From an uncultured Candidatus Bathyarchaeia archaeon (lineage in GTDB: Archaea > Thermoproteota > Bathyarchaeia > Bathyarchaeales > SOJC01): DNA of 64,000 bases. The notes under the pieces are model-generated. The model ran no database searches, had not been told where the DNA came from, and saw only the letters and a program-made list of their open reading frames with translations. How positions within the stretch are numbered: the first letter of the stretch is position 1; every line of letters begins with the position of its first letter. The stretch covers positions 11,209 through 75,208 of the forward strand of contig CAYFWV010000028.1 in NCBI GenBank assembly GCA_964346975.1. Direction: 5' to 3'. The position numbers and the translations under genes were made by a program. Shown piece by piece: positions 10,201 to 19,162 of this stretch.

Positions 10201-10441
10201 GTTTGACCACTGGGAACTCGACGCCACAAATGTTGGCACCATCAACCCCTACCAAGTGCCTATGACTACAGCTCACACGTTGCATGCCGTGTTCAAACCG
10301 ATAATCACTGGAGGCTCATCAGTTCCGATTGCTGGGTCCAGCCTTGCATGGATCAGTCTCAACATCACTCTGTTTGCAGCCGTGTCTTGCGTGGCATTCT
10401 GCGCAAAAAGGTTCCGAAGATCTGCAGGGGATAGACCGTAA
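7223..10441 (+). CDS. large surface/adhesin-like protein with 4 CARDB-like modules, one DUF11-like module, an InlB-B-repeat-like module and a C-terminal TM anchor
   Basis: 1072 aa ORF. Repeated HDVAATSQ..V.QG..V.I.V.V.N.G...E.FNVT modules. C-terminus LAWISLNITLFAAVSCVAFCAKRFRRS. The true start is probably ATG 7159 in another frame (see findings). Confidence 0.85.
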   Translation: MVIAASSMDLRLLSVSAQPVWPQSWIQIDWDRNENGETDDWRDVETAHYQYDDEYLYLKLACYGSPGSDWPTRDARYKWFIDDSGYMYYSGGNVFDAEHLLFVEDTDHDGAGEMYLLHDIDNDDDFGDYEPWPTAGYASYEITDSNVGGWRIVAPNQIEMYLDWASLGNPPAYQLFWSTDQQNPNLDQSPTADRMDEEEPLLIHNVAATGQVSTPSTVRQGENVTIQISVENMGTQTETFNVTSYFNSTVLATKLVTNLAAGQSTVLTYYWNTTGIPVGVYSITGWADSSAAITETNEDDNWCTQQASVDIQPAPKHDVAATSQVPAMTSVVQGTVVDINVSVSNLGDFDETFNVTCFYGHNVIGGETVVDLPAQTVASLVFSWDTTGVPSNTYYILAMADSSRIIPETDEANNNCTSLETVTVYSPGEAGKLFVDKVISAVVSGHDPPVVGFSTTYEMTIIVSNTGGSSVFNIIVNETISDVSYISVGTPSQGTILAVPPPRIEWDVGMLPVGGSATLTFRIEASPDSMTPLYLNHKEDLVASGVDYLTGSPVSDTADEDIIVTPIIRDVAATSQIPTSTQVPQGDTITVQVTVENLGNTSESFDVTCSYDATIIGVLRIFNLGAGNQITVPFAWDTTDVQPGTYSITAEADSSNELAETDETNNICTSPTTVRILINDISIISQAPSPTTVTEGENITVQAVVKNEGTEPASFNVSCYSNETLIDKQSVVNLQPNMTITVEFIWNTTGVPHGIYFFNTVASVLQDEKETEDNACRSTTSATVLAGQHQVTFDQIGVSSDFTGTVVTIDGADYTVGSLPIGFLWDSGSTHSFTFESPLIVTPDAKQYAWTSTTGLSTSQSDSLIVASAGNVTGVFQSQFYLTVSSPYSTTGGEGWYDSDSVAYASVDTAPVDHGNGTRRVFEVWSDDGSGTEYDQSNGILMDEPRTATATWKTQYFLLLTKTLGGFINPSISEWWDVGSTVTVTATPQVNYLFDHWELDATNVGTINPYQVPMTTAHTLHAVFKPIITGGSSVPIAGSSLAWISLNITLFAAVSCVAFCAKRFRRSAGDRP
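7829..9585 (+). repeat. tandem coding repeats (CARDB-like modules of about 110 aa at ~7829, ~8168, ~8921 and ~9254, with a DUF11-like module between)
   Basis: Recurrent (H/R)DVAAT(S/G)Q..P..V.QG..(V/I)...V.V.N.G...E.F(N/D)VT....N...I in the translation. Confidence 0.6.
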
Positions 10442-10537
10442 CCGAATTCTCATCCGCTGAAGAGCCTTGAGCGTTCACTACGCTTAAATCCTCAAATCTT
10501 CATCAGTCTAGACGGATGAGTCTCTGGAGGAGAACAT

Positions 10538-11434
10538 GTGCAAAAACTGATCTTCTACATGGTGGATGTGTTTGCTGAGCGAAAATATGGTGGAAATCAA
10601 CTGGCAGTCTTCAGAAATACAGGAAACAGCATTGATTCTCAAATGCAGAGCATCGCCAAAGAGATGGGCTTCTCGGAAACAACGTTCATCCAATCAGACA
10701 CACCATCACAGGATGGAGGTTATGCTGTTCGCATTTTCACCCCGAAACTTGAGTTGCCCTTTGCTGGTCACCCAACACTGGGAACGGCCTACGTTATTAA
10801 TCATGAGATTGCGAAGAATCCTGCAACGAGACTCGTCCTGAATTTGAAGGCTGGACGGATCCCCGTCACTTTTGACGACAGCGAAGGCGTAGGTGAAATC
10901 CTTTGGATGAAACAGTTGCAACCAACCTTTGGTCAAACCTTCAAGGCTCCAGGGGTGTCTGAGATTCTGAATCTTGCTGTGACCCAGGTCGATGACCGAT
11001 TTCCGATCCAAGAGGTTTCCACCGGCGTGCCTACAATCATCGTTCCTCTGAGGACACTGGCTGGCGTGAGGGAAGCCACCGTCAATCGAGGAAAATACTT
11101 CGAGTTCATCAAGGGCGTCGAGGCTAAGACCCTGCTCGTATTTTGCGCGGAAACATACGAAGAGGGGAATGACTTGAATGTACGGTTCTTTGCTGACTAC
11201 TTTGGTATCTCTGAGGATCCTGCCACGGGAAGTGCCAACGGGTGCCTGGCAGCTTATCTGGTGAAGCATCACTATTTCGGGAAAAGCGCAATAAACATTC
11301 GAGTTGAACAAGGTTACGAAGTAGGGAGGCAATCGTTGCTCTATCTGATAGCTGAGGAGTGTGAGAGGAAAATCTGCGTGCACGTCGGTGGAAAAGTGAT
11401 CCTGGTTGCCAAAGGAGCATTCTACGCGAACTAG
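10538..11434 (+). CDS. PhzF-family isomerase
   Basis: 298 aa. N-terminus IFYMVDVFAERKYGGNQLAVF and GHPTLGTA are typical of the PhzF/YddE family. GTG start. Confidence 0.85.
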   Translation: MQKLIFYMVDVFAERKYGGNQLAVFRNTGNSIDSQMQSIAKEMGFSETTFIQSDTPSQDGGYAVRIFTPKLELPFAGHPTLGTAYVINHEIAKNPATRLVLNLKAGRIPVTFDDSEGVGEILWMKQLQPTFGQTFKAPGVSEILNLAVTQVDDRFPIQEVSTGVPTIIVPLRTLAGVREATVNRGKYFEFIKGVEAKTLLVFCAETYEEGNDLNVRFFADYFGISEDPATGSANGCLAAYLVKHHYFGKSAINIRVEQGYEVGRQSLLYLIAEECERKICVHVGGKVILVAKGAFYAN

Positions 11435-11516
11435 ATCAACTGCTCAAGTCGCGTGTTGAATGTTGACGCCTTCGTCACTCTCATGTTCTGAGATATGTGT
11501 GTAAAATCCGAAGCGC

Positions 11517-12032
11517 CTAGAACTTCAGGTTCTTCACATATCCATTCCACAGGACAGACGCGAGATAGCCCGCGACTGCACCGTTGATGGTTCCCAGAGT
11601 GAATATGAGAATCTCCAGTCCGAGGCCTTCAGGGAGTATTCCTGTTAACCTGACCGTGGAATAGTAACTCGCCACGCCTACTGCAAGCGTGGAAAAGGTC
11701 ATTGCTGCCGTTAACCGTCGGGGCTTGACTTTCCCGTTGACGGAGTGTATATTCAGAATCGAGAACAAGGCGTCCACCAGCAGGCCATACAAGACTGCAA
11801 ATACAAAGGTGAACGGAGCAGACGAGATCGTCCAGATGGCTGTCAAAGATCCGCTGACAATGGACACGAATGTTGCACCCCACTTTTCCACGAGCAAAGC
11901 AGCTAGAGCCAACAACAAAGCCTGAACTCCGATCAGCATCTTGTTTAGTGGAGACGGGGCGACAATCTTCGTAACGAGAATGATGACACTGAAGAGAATA
12001 GCGATCGCCAATCTCTTGGTGTGACTTCCCAA
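11517..12032 (-). CDS. hypothetical integral membrane protein (about 5 TM)
   Basis: 171 aa, strongly hydrophobic ORF. No family recognised. Confidence 0.5.
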   Translation of the reverse strand: MGSHTKRLAIAILFSVIILVTKIVAPSPLNKMLIGVQALLLALAALLVEKWGATFVSIVSGSLTAIWTISSAPFTFVFAVLYGLLVDALFSILNIHSVNGKVKPRRLTAAMTFSTLAVGVASYYSTVRLTGILPEGLGLEILIFTLGTINGAVAGYLASVLWNGYVKNLKF

Positions 12033-12212
12033 AGGTTCACCGCGCTCTATCCATCAAATCACACTAGTCAATAACACTTGATCGATTTGTCTCCATTCCA
12101 GCGACAACACCATCTCCGACCCCACAGTCGCGCGTGCATCAGTCCTAGACTCTCCTGACACTCGTTATTTTATCTATGGGTGTCCCCTGTTATTGCACAG
12201 GAAGTGGATCGC

Positions 12213-12734
12213 ATGATCAGGCCAATCCTGCAGCTGGGAAATGACGGTCTCAGAAGGAAATCGGTGCCAGTGACAAGCTTTCCAGACAAGGCTCTTGACA
12301 GCCTAATTGAAGATTTGACTGAAACCCTTCATGAGGCTCAGAAAAAGTTCCACTATGGGCGAGGAATAGCAGCTCCTCAGATCGGTGAATTGAAGCGCGT
12401 GATTGTCATTGATACGGCGAGTATCAGTGATCCTTTGATAAATCCGGAAATCATCTGGCAGTCTGATGAAACGATCCAGGTGTGGGACAGCTGTCTCAGT
12501 TTCAATTTGGCTTTCTTCGTTCTTCTCAACAGGAGTCAGCATATACAATTGAGCTACCAAGATACAAAGGGTAGGCAGCTGAGGCTGGATGCAACAGAAG
12601 ATCTCTCCGAACTCCTACAGCATGAAATCGATCATCTCAACGGGATTCTCGCAGTCGATCGAATGAGAGCGAAGAAGATCATGATGCGCTCAGAATGGGA
12701 GAGAAGGCGACTGGATGCGCGCAAGCGCCATTGA
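12213..12734 (+). CDS. def: peptide deformylase
   Basis: MIRPILQLGNDGLRRKS.., GRGIAAPQIG (motif 1), DSCLSF (motif 2 variant), HEIDHLNG (motif 3). Start at ATG 12213 inside track ORF 12180..12734. Confidence 0.85.
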   Translation: MIRPILQLGNDGLRRKSVPVTSFPDKALDSLIEDLTETLHEAQKKFHYGRGIAAPQIGELKRVIVIDTASISDPLINPEIIWQSDETIQVWDSCLSFNLAFFVLLNRSQHIQLSYQDTKGRQLRLDATEDLSELLQHEIDHLNGILAVDRMRAKKIMMRSEWERRRLDARKRH

Positions 12735-12831
12735 CGGTCTATTCTGGTCATTACTATCCAGTGTCTGCGTACACATCGCTGAAGTGTGAATGATGACTCA
12801 GAGAATGAGGGTGGAAAGTGGCTTGACCTGG

Positions 12832-13068
12832 TCAAGCAGCTATTCTTCTTTTGTGTGAGGACTCAAGCACTACAATTCTCAAGGCTGGTACGTGTGGGTA
12901 CCTTACGTAGATGACTGGGCAGGTCTCATTTTCACAATGATACCTATTCTTCGTACTCTGCTTCACCAAGGCACTTCCACATTCAGGGCACTGGACCATA
13001 TCAACTAGGCTCCTGGGCATCTCCAAGCGTCTGGGTTCTGATATTTCACTTGCAAGTGGTTCTTCCAA
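12832..13068 (-). CDS. small Zn-ribbon protein (hypothetical)
   Basis: CPECGSALVKQSTKNRYHCENETCP four-Cys ribbon. Start uncertain; ATG at 13020 is possible. Confidence 0.3.
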   Translation of the reverse strand: MEEPLASEISEPRRLEMPRSLVDMVQCPECGSALVKQSTKNRYHCENETCPVIYVRYPHVPALRIVVLESSHKRRIAA

Positions 13069-13327
13069 AACGCCTCTGCAAGAACGAGGAAATCTTTAGA
13101 TGAAAGTCTATGACTCATACCAGACACTGAATGAGAAATGCGGTTCTTGCGATTTAAGCCAGATTGCCAGTTGCACCATATTTCAGAAATCGAAATATCT
13201 TCTAGAACTGAGATATAGACGAAGATCGCGGCTAGTGTGGAGACATCTACGGCGTCAAAGGCTCTACGCTCTACTGAGAATAGTTCTTCTCTAAAGGCAA
13301 CGATCGGCACGGGGTGTGGGATTCTAA

Positions 13328-13497
13328 TCAGTTGAAAAACGTCGGGTTATATGTTCATACTTTGAATTTGAGCATTCAACGAGAGAAGTGATTATTATTC
13401 CGGAGCACCCATCAATTGTCATCCTGCCACTGTTCACAACTCTGATACTAATAGCAACGATCACTTGTAGAAGAAAATCCGTTAGAGGAGCTTGACA
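13328..13497 (+). pseudogene. orphan C-terminal sorting-signal fragment (P-E-x motif, TM helix, basic tail)
   Basis: My translation: ..VIIIPEHPSIVILPLFTTLILIATITCRRKSVRGA*. It opens only 56 codons after a stop and resembles the C-terminus of ORF 24533..27172 (..FIVIPELSVYSLLLLFLLTTLLAYGVR..). Confidence 0.3.
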
Positions 13498-13502
13498 AGC
13501 TA

Positions 13503-13518
13503 CCCTCTCCTTTTTTCC
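13503..13518 (+). terminator. candidate intrinsic terminator (C-rich tract plus T6)
   Basis: CCCTCTCCTTTTTTCC immediately after the stop at 13497. Member of a recurring motif (see findings). Confidence 0.35.
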
Positions 13519-13705
13519 GCGTTGTCATGCAGAAAGGTTGGTTATCTTTTTCCTTTGAGGGTTTTGGCGATTGGCTCCGGAATCTTAACCTGTGAGCTTC
13601 CGTTACGTGTAATGCATCCCTTTAATGAATCCGCAGCGCAAGGTTTTTTCACCAGGCTGACGTAATGTATTGCGTCTGTAACTGAAGAGGGAGAGAGGAC
13701 AAGCC

Positions 13706-14161
13706 GTGAAGAAAGTTTTTGCTTTTACTCTGATGTTAGTGGCGCTCAGCTTATTGATTGTCCCAGCCCAAGCACGCGAAACACCTGTTGTCGTGAAGAG
13801 AGTGAAGAATGTATGTTTCATCTTCGCGAAGGCTGACCATCATGCTAGGAAATTCTCAGTCCACTACGACAATCTCTCACCTAACTCACAAGCGCTGCAT
13901 GCTGAATTCAAGGTGCAAGGAGGATTGGGGTTCACTATAGACACCATCATAATTGAGGGTGGTTCAATGGAGGCTGGCGCAACAGGTGACTACGGAATTA
14001 CCATGAGTTTCAAGATAGAAGTCGATGGCGACAAGATACTAGAGGATAGGATAGTTATTCCGCCACCGCGTGCGCAGGAAAAAATTAGAGGATTTAATGC
14101 TATCTCAAGTGAAAGCTTGAGTCTTCACCGCAAACTCCCTTTTTCATATTCTCATACCTGA
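13706..14161 (+). CDS. small secreted protein (hypothetical)
   Basis: GTG start after GAGGGAGAGAGG. Signal peptide MKKVFAFTLMLVALSLLIVPAQA. 151 aa. Confidence 0.6.
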   Translation: MKKVFAFTLMLVALSLLIVPAQARETPVVVKRVKNVCFIFAKADHHARKFSVHYDNLSPNSQALHAEFKVQGGLGFTIDTIIIEGGSMEAGATGDYGITMSFKIEVDGDKILEDRIVIPPPRAQEKIRGFNAISSESLSLHRKLPFSYSHT

Positions 14162-14402
14162 ATAACATTCTGAGGCGGGCTACGAAATTGGAGACCAAAG
14201 GGTTCACCTACAAGCGATAGCACGAAAAAAAGTGTCTTATCCTGAAGTGGGCCGGGAGAGATTTGAACCAGGACAAATGGAGATTTCACCTGACCTTGCT
14301 TCCTGCACCCTCCCCTTTGTTCTCTCTTGTTTCCCTATGAGAATGGAAACTGGTTCTACAAACCATAATAGGCGGGTATGCCAATTAAGACAAAGAGGGG
14401 AA

Positions 14403-17400
14403 ATGATGAAGCACATTAGTTCAGTCTTGCTTAGATTACTTTTGCCGGTTATTCTCGTACTTACACAACTACTGTTCCCATTGATTTTCATAGCACAGGT
14501 TAGCGCAGACGATCCGTTCACGTTTTCATCTTGGGCGTCAACAACACCTCTAATTGATGGACAACTCAGCCCAGCGAATCCTTGGACCGCAGCCCCAGCG
14601 GAATGGGATGATGCGGACAGGATTGAGTTCTCTCTATCATGGGGTGCTGAAGTTCACAATGCCTCTCTCTACGTTAAGAACGATTACATCAACCTCTATC
14701 TAGCGTTTGTAATTGAGAATGAAGACTACGACTCTGATGATAGGGTAGTGTTTAACTTCGACAACGATGGCGACGGAGTGAAAATGATTGGAGACGACCA
14801 ACTCTGGGTTGATACGACGATTTCTTTTGTTTCGTGGGACCACCGCGCAGGTTATTTTGAAGATGGATTCTTCCCGACTCCTGCTGACGTGGCTTCATTT
14901 GAAAGGGATGTTTTAGATCTTGGTGACCTGGACGGTGTGGGCGCAGTCCAGTTCTCCGGGGCGAGTCCTAGTGAACCAGGTAATTATGTCGTCGAAATAG
15001 CTCATCCACTCGATACACTTGACAGCAGTCACGACTTCAGCCTTGGTGAGGGTCTTGGGCATGGAGCTTCAGTAAGCATGAATGTTGTGTACCTGGAAAA
15101 CGGTAATCCCCTTTCAGGTGATGGGTGGCCTACACTCACATGGGGCGACTGGTCTCAAATGGCTTCTATTACCCTTGCGGATCCTCCTAATCGAGGTCCA
15201 CTAGGCTTCGGAAGAAATCTGAAAATTGATGGAATTGAGATTACTCAAGCTGTACAATACTGGGATGACTTTGGACATGGAGATAACAGTTTATCTCTTG
15301 CTCGTGGAAAAAGCACTATTGTGAGAGTCTTCGTTGATCCAGGTATCTATGGAACAAGAATACATGATGTGACAGCCTACTTGTACGCAACTTCAGCTGC
15401 TGGTGACAGTCTGGCGCATCCTGGAATCTGGACCCCCAACGGACCCCTGTTCGCAGCAGCTAGGATTCAAGCTCCGCTTCCACCAAACTTCTTCACGAGA
15501 GCAAGAGAGGAATACACGATTAACTTCCTGCTTCCAGACTATTGGGTCACCCGTGGAAGCCTGAATCTTGTGGCCTTTGTGAAAGCCACCGATGGAATGA
15601 CTGAAACTCTCTACTCAGACAACTGGATGAGCTGGGTGCCAATCTCATTCACTCCAACAGAATCCTTGAGAATAGGATATTATCTGATTGACTATCGACC
15701 TGACGCTGTAGGTCCAGGTCAGAACATCCCATCAGCTGCCAAGGAAGTGATAGCCCATACGTTCTTTGAGAAGGTCACTCCTATGCCTGATCTGTCAGAT
15801 CCAGTGCAGTTCCTGCTTGCCGGAGCTCCCATTGTATGGGACGGTCCAGATTTCACAAATCCATTTGACGCAGGGAATCAACGTGAACTACTTGAAGACC
15901 TTGAGGAAATGAGGCGTGCGTTGGAAAGGGCGGGCGTATCATACGATCTGATCTGTGGGTTGTATGGCGGAGCAACCCAAGGCACACGCATCGGACAAGT
16001 TCCTAGTATCCCCAGCAGAGTCTTTGTTGCTCATGAGGATCGACCGTGGAGCTTCGCTCACGAGATCGGCCACAATTACGGGCTTTACCATAGTTGGGAT
16101 GAACGAAGCGGTAATCCATATCTGGGCCATCCAGATAGAGAGAACTCGAGCCAAACATTCGGCTATGATACACAACAAAACTGGTTTATCAACGTGGGTT
16201 ATCCTTCAGAACCTGGGGATGTTGCGAAGTCTCCACTGCATCTTTTTGAAGGCCAATATGGCAACCTGATGAGTTATGAGAATCAATACCGATGGATTGA
16301 CCCTTATGAATGGGAAGAACTTATGGAAGTTTTTGATCCTCCAGTTGCAGCGCTGCAAACCTTACCTTCTAGCAATATCCAGAGTTCCTCTCCTGGCCTT
16401 CAAGTTTCGGGCAGAATCTACAAGAATAACACAGGCAGTTTGCGTCCAGTTTTCCAAATACCCTCCATCCTGAACATCAGCGTCCCCAGTGGTCCATATA
16501 CTGTTGAGCTCAGAGGGGCTCCTCCTGGAGAGGAGGTGTTGTACAGCCAAAGCTTTGATGTCCAATTTGATACCGATGCTTGGGAAGGTGTTCCATTCTC
16601 CGACACGGCTTTCTTCATGCTAGATCTACCATTTATGACTGGTACATACAGCGTATCCCTCTGGAACACCAGCATATCCCCCGCCGTGTTACTCGACAAG
16701 ATCACAGCTAGTGCCAACGCCCCTCAAGCAACGATAACCTATCCAAACGGTGGAGAAAACGTTGGAGACTCGTTCAATGCTACTTGGACCGCTTTTGACC
16801 CTGATGGTGATCCCTTAACCTTCAAACTGTCTTATAGTAGTGATAATGGTGCGACGTGGAGACCATTATCTCCGCGTATATATGGGACAGGTTACCTTGT
16901 GGACGGTTCAGCGCTTCCAGGCAGTTCAGAAACTTTGATTCGAGTTGAGGTCTCAGATGGGATCTACATGAGTGAGGATCAATCTGATGCAGTCTTCGAC
17001 GTGCCTTTCAAAGGGCCGCGATCCGCGATTGGTATCGGAGTAGGACCCAGTAACACGTACAATTTTGGTGAGCCAATTATCTTCAAGGGGTCAGCCTTTG
17101 ACCTTGAGGATGGTGCGCTTTCGAATTCATCTCTCACCTGGACCTCGGACATTGATGGTTTCTTAGGAACGGGCAGAGTATTCACCACAACTGATTTGAC
17201 GCCAGGGATACATAGTATTACGTTGACAGCTCTGATAGTGATAATAACAATTCCTCGTATTCATTTGATGTAACTGTGGAGATTCATGATGTTGCTGTGA
17301 TTGATGTTTCTCCAGCGAAAACGATAGTTGGTGAAGGGCATGATCTCTCTTTCAATATGACACTTGAGAATCAAGGGCTCTCATCGGAGATTTTCAACGT

Positions 17401-18127
17401 CACCCTATCACTCTACGAGATTAATGCTACCTCTGTCAACGTAGAACTATATGGGCTGGCAACAGCTGGGTGGGGAGCCAACCCGAACAATATTACAAGC
17501 CCAGGACCAACCATAATGGTCAATCAGTGGGATCACATCAAGCTGACCTTACACAGCGCAGATTCGCTCACACACAACTTCTTCGTTGACTATAATGGAG
17601 ATCAAACTCCTACAGCTGGTGAACCTACATCTCCTGATTTCACGTCAATCATTGAATACGACTTTGTAGCGGACACTGTTGGCACATTTTTGTACTATTG
17701 CCATTTCCATGGCTCGGTAATGTTTGGCACCCTCATAGTGCAGGAACCATCCATACTATCATACTATCAGGAAAGCATCCCTAATGAGGAGCATTTGGAT
17801 GCTGGAGAGAGGCGTTCAAGTGTCCGTCCCCACACTTGTCTCGGAAAAGGCTACTATATCTTCGCTGCTGCTGCAGGTCCTGTCCCTAATGAAATCGAGA
17901 CAGTAGACAATACCTTCATTGTTGGACAGATAATCTTCATCACCATCCCAGGTGATGTTGATGGAGACCGCGATGTAGACATTTTTGACATCGTAGCTAT
18001 GGCCACAATCTATGGTGTTGTCGAACCTGATCCATCCTATGATCCCAACTGTGACATCGATGGCGACGGTGACGTGGACATCTTCGACATCGTGGCCGCA
18101 GCTAGCCACTATGGGGAAAGCTGGTAG
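14403..18127 (+). pseudogene. secreted metzincin-type Zn metalloprotease with Asp-box/PKD-like, CARDB-like, cupredoxin and dockerin modules; reading frame broken at ~17229-17234 (or an indel error)
   Basis: Track ORFs 14232..17273 and 17276..18127. Signal peptide MMKHISSVLLRLLLPVILVL..AQVSA from ATG 14403. HEIGHNYGLYH at 16059-16091. YSSDNGATW Asp-box. H..YYCHFHGSVM type-1 Cu ligand pattern. Two DxDGDxDVDIFDIV dockerin segments. The PKD-like strand ..GIHSITLTA|DSDNNNSSYSFDVTVEIHDVAV continues across the frame change. Confidence 0.8.
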
Positions 18128-18178
18128 CGCGTGCGTGATGGTTCAGGAGCTGGAAGTGTGGAAGGGGGGCATCTGCAG

Positions 18179-18889
18179 ATGTTCAAGGTGCTTGTCCTCT
18201 TCGTGATTGTAGCGACAGCAGTTCTGCATGAACCCGGAGCATGTTCTCCCCTCGAATGTGTCATTCCCGTCGTCTATCGATCTCAGGAAACTGGCTACTA
18301 TTGTGGTCCTGCAGCTGTTCAGATGGCCCTTGGTCATGTTGTAGTTGCTGCGCCAAGCCAGGACATGTTGGCATCGGAAATGGAAACAGATCCAGTGGAA
18401 GGCGCCACATATACCGATATGATGCGTGTACCCTTTGAGACGCGGAATCTCCCGGATGTCTACGAGGGAACCTTGGAACTGGAGGATTTGCAGGAGGCAA
18501 CAGATCATGGTTTCCTGACCATCATCCTCATCTATTTTAGCACTGCACTGATGTATCAACACTATGTGCTTGTCATCGGCTACAATGCCAGCGGAATCTA
18601 CGTACATGATCCATGGCCCCTAAATGCGAGTCAACCTGCAGGCCGATCCACGGGAGCCAACGCGTTCATCTCGACTGATCTGCTAGCCGATCTGTGGGCC
18701 TGTGATCCTGCCCACTGGGGACTTGTCATACCGTATTCAACCACGCCTGGAGAAGGACCATCATGGTGGCAGCAGTACTGGTTTCTCCTGATCGCCGTTC
18801 CTGTTTCCATAGCAGCGGTTGCCACAATAATCCTGGTGAAAAGGAAGACATCCACAACTGAGAACTCGAATATATCCAAGGCAATCTAG
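18179..18889 (+). CDS. C39-like (papain-fold) cysteine peptidase with a C-terminal TM anchor
   Basis: SQETGYYCGPAAVQMAL (Cys), HYVLVIGY (His), VHDPW (Asp). ATG 18179 after GGAAGGGGGG. C-terminus WFLLIAVPVSIAAVATIILVKRK. Confidence 0.7.
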   Translation: MFKVLVLFVIVATAVLHEPGACSPLECVIPVVYRSQETGYYCGPAAVQMALGHVVVAAPSQDMLASEMETDPVEGATYTDMMRVPFETRNLPDVYEGTLELEDLQEATDHGFLTIILIYFSTALMYQHYVLVIGYNASGIYVHDPWPLNASQPAGRSTGANAFISTDLLADLWACDPAHWGLVIPYSTTPGEGPSWWQQYWFLLIAVPVSIAAVATIILVKRKTSTTENSNISKAI

Positions 18890-18936
18890 CATGGACGCAT
18901 GGTACCGAGGAGATGTCACCCGAGACTATTCTTGCA

Positions 18937-18952
18937 CCCTCTCCCTTTTTCC
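18937..18952 (+). terminator. candidate intrinsic terminator (C-rich tract plus T5)
   Basis: CCCTCTCCCTTTTTCC 48 nt after the stop at 18889. Confidence 0.4.
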
Positions 18953-19162
18953 GTGTTTTGAGTAGAATTTTCTTCTATCACACCTCTTGTGCAAACTATG
19001 ATTCTCTCTAGTTGATGAAGAGAGAGTTGCGCGGTACATGCGCACACTCGGTGGAAAAAGTGTTTCAGGTGTGAACAATAGAAAGATTAGCGGTATTCCG
19101 CATCTTTTGATGTAAGAATACGCTTAAATCTCGATGATGCCCCCTTTCCTCGAGGAGTACTT

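Noticed and set aside
13005-13310. 101-aa minus-strand ORF overlapping the Zn-ribbon ORF
   Set aside because: It has no motif, no RBS and no hydrophobic pattern, and it overlaps 12832..13068. It is not supportable as a gene.
17276-18127. GTG 17276 as the independent start of a separate cupredoxin/dockerin gene
   Set aside because: Its frame is open upstream to 17216 and encodes the end of a PKD-like strand (DSDNNNSSYSFDVTV) that continues the preceding ORF. There is no signal peptide and no RBS.
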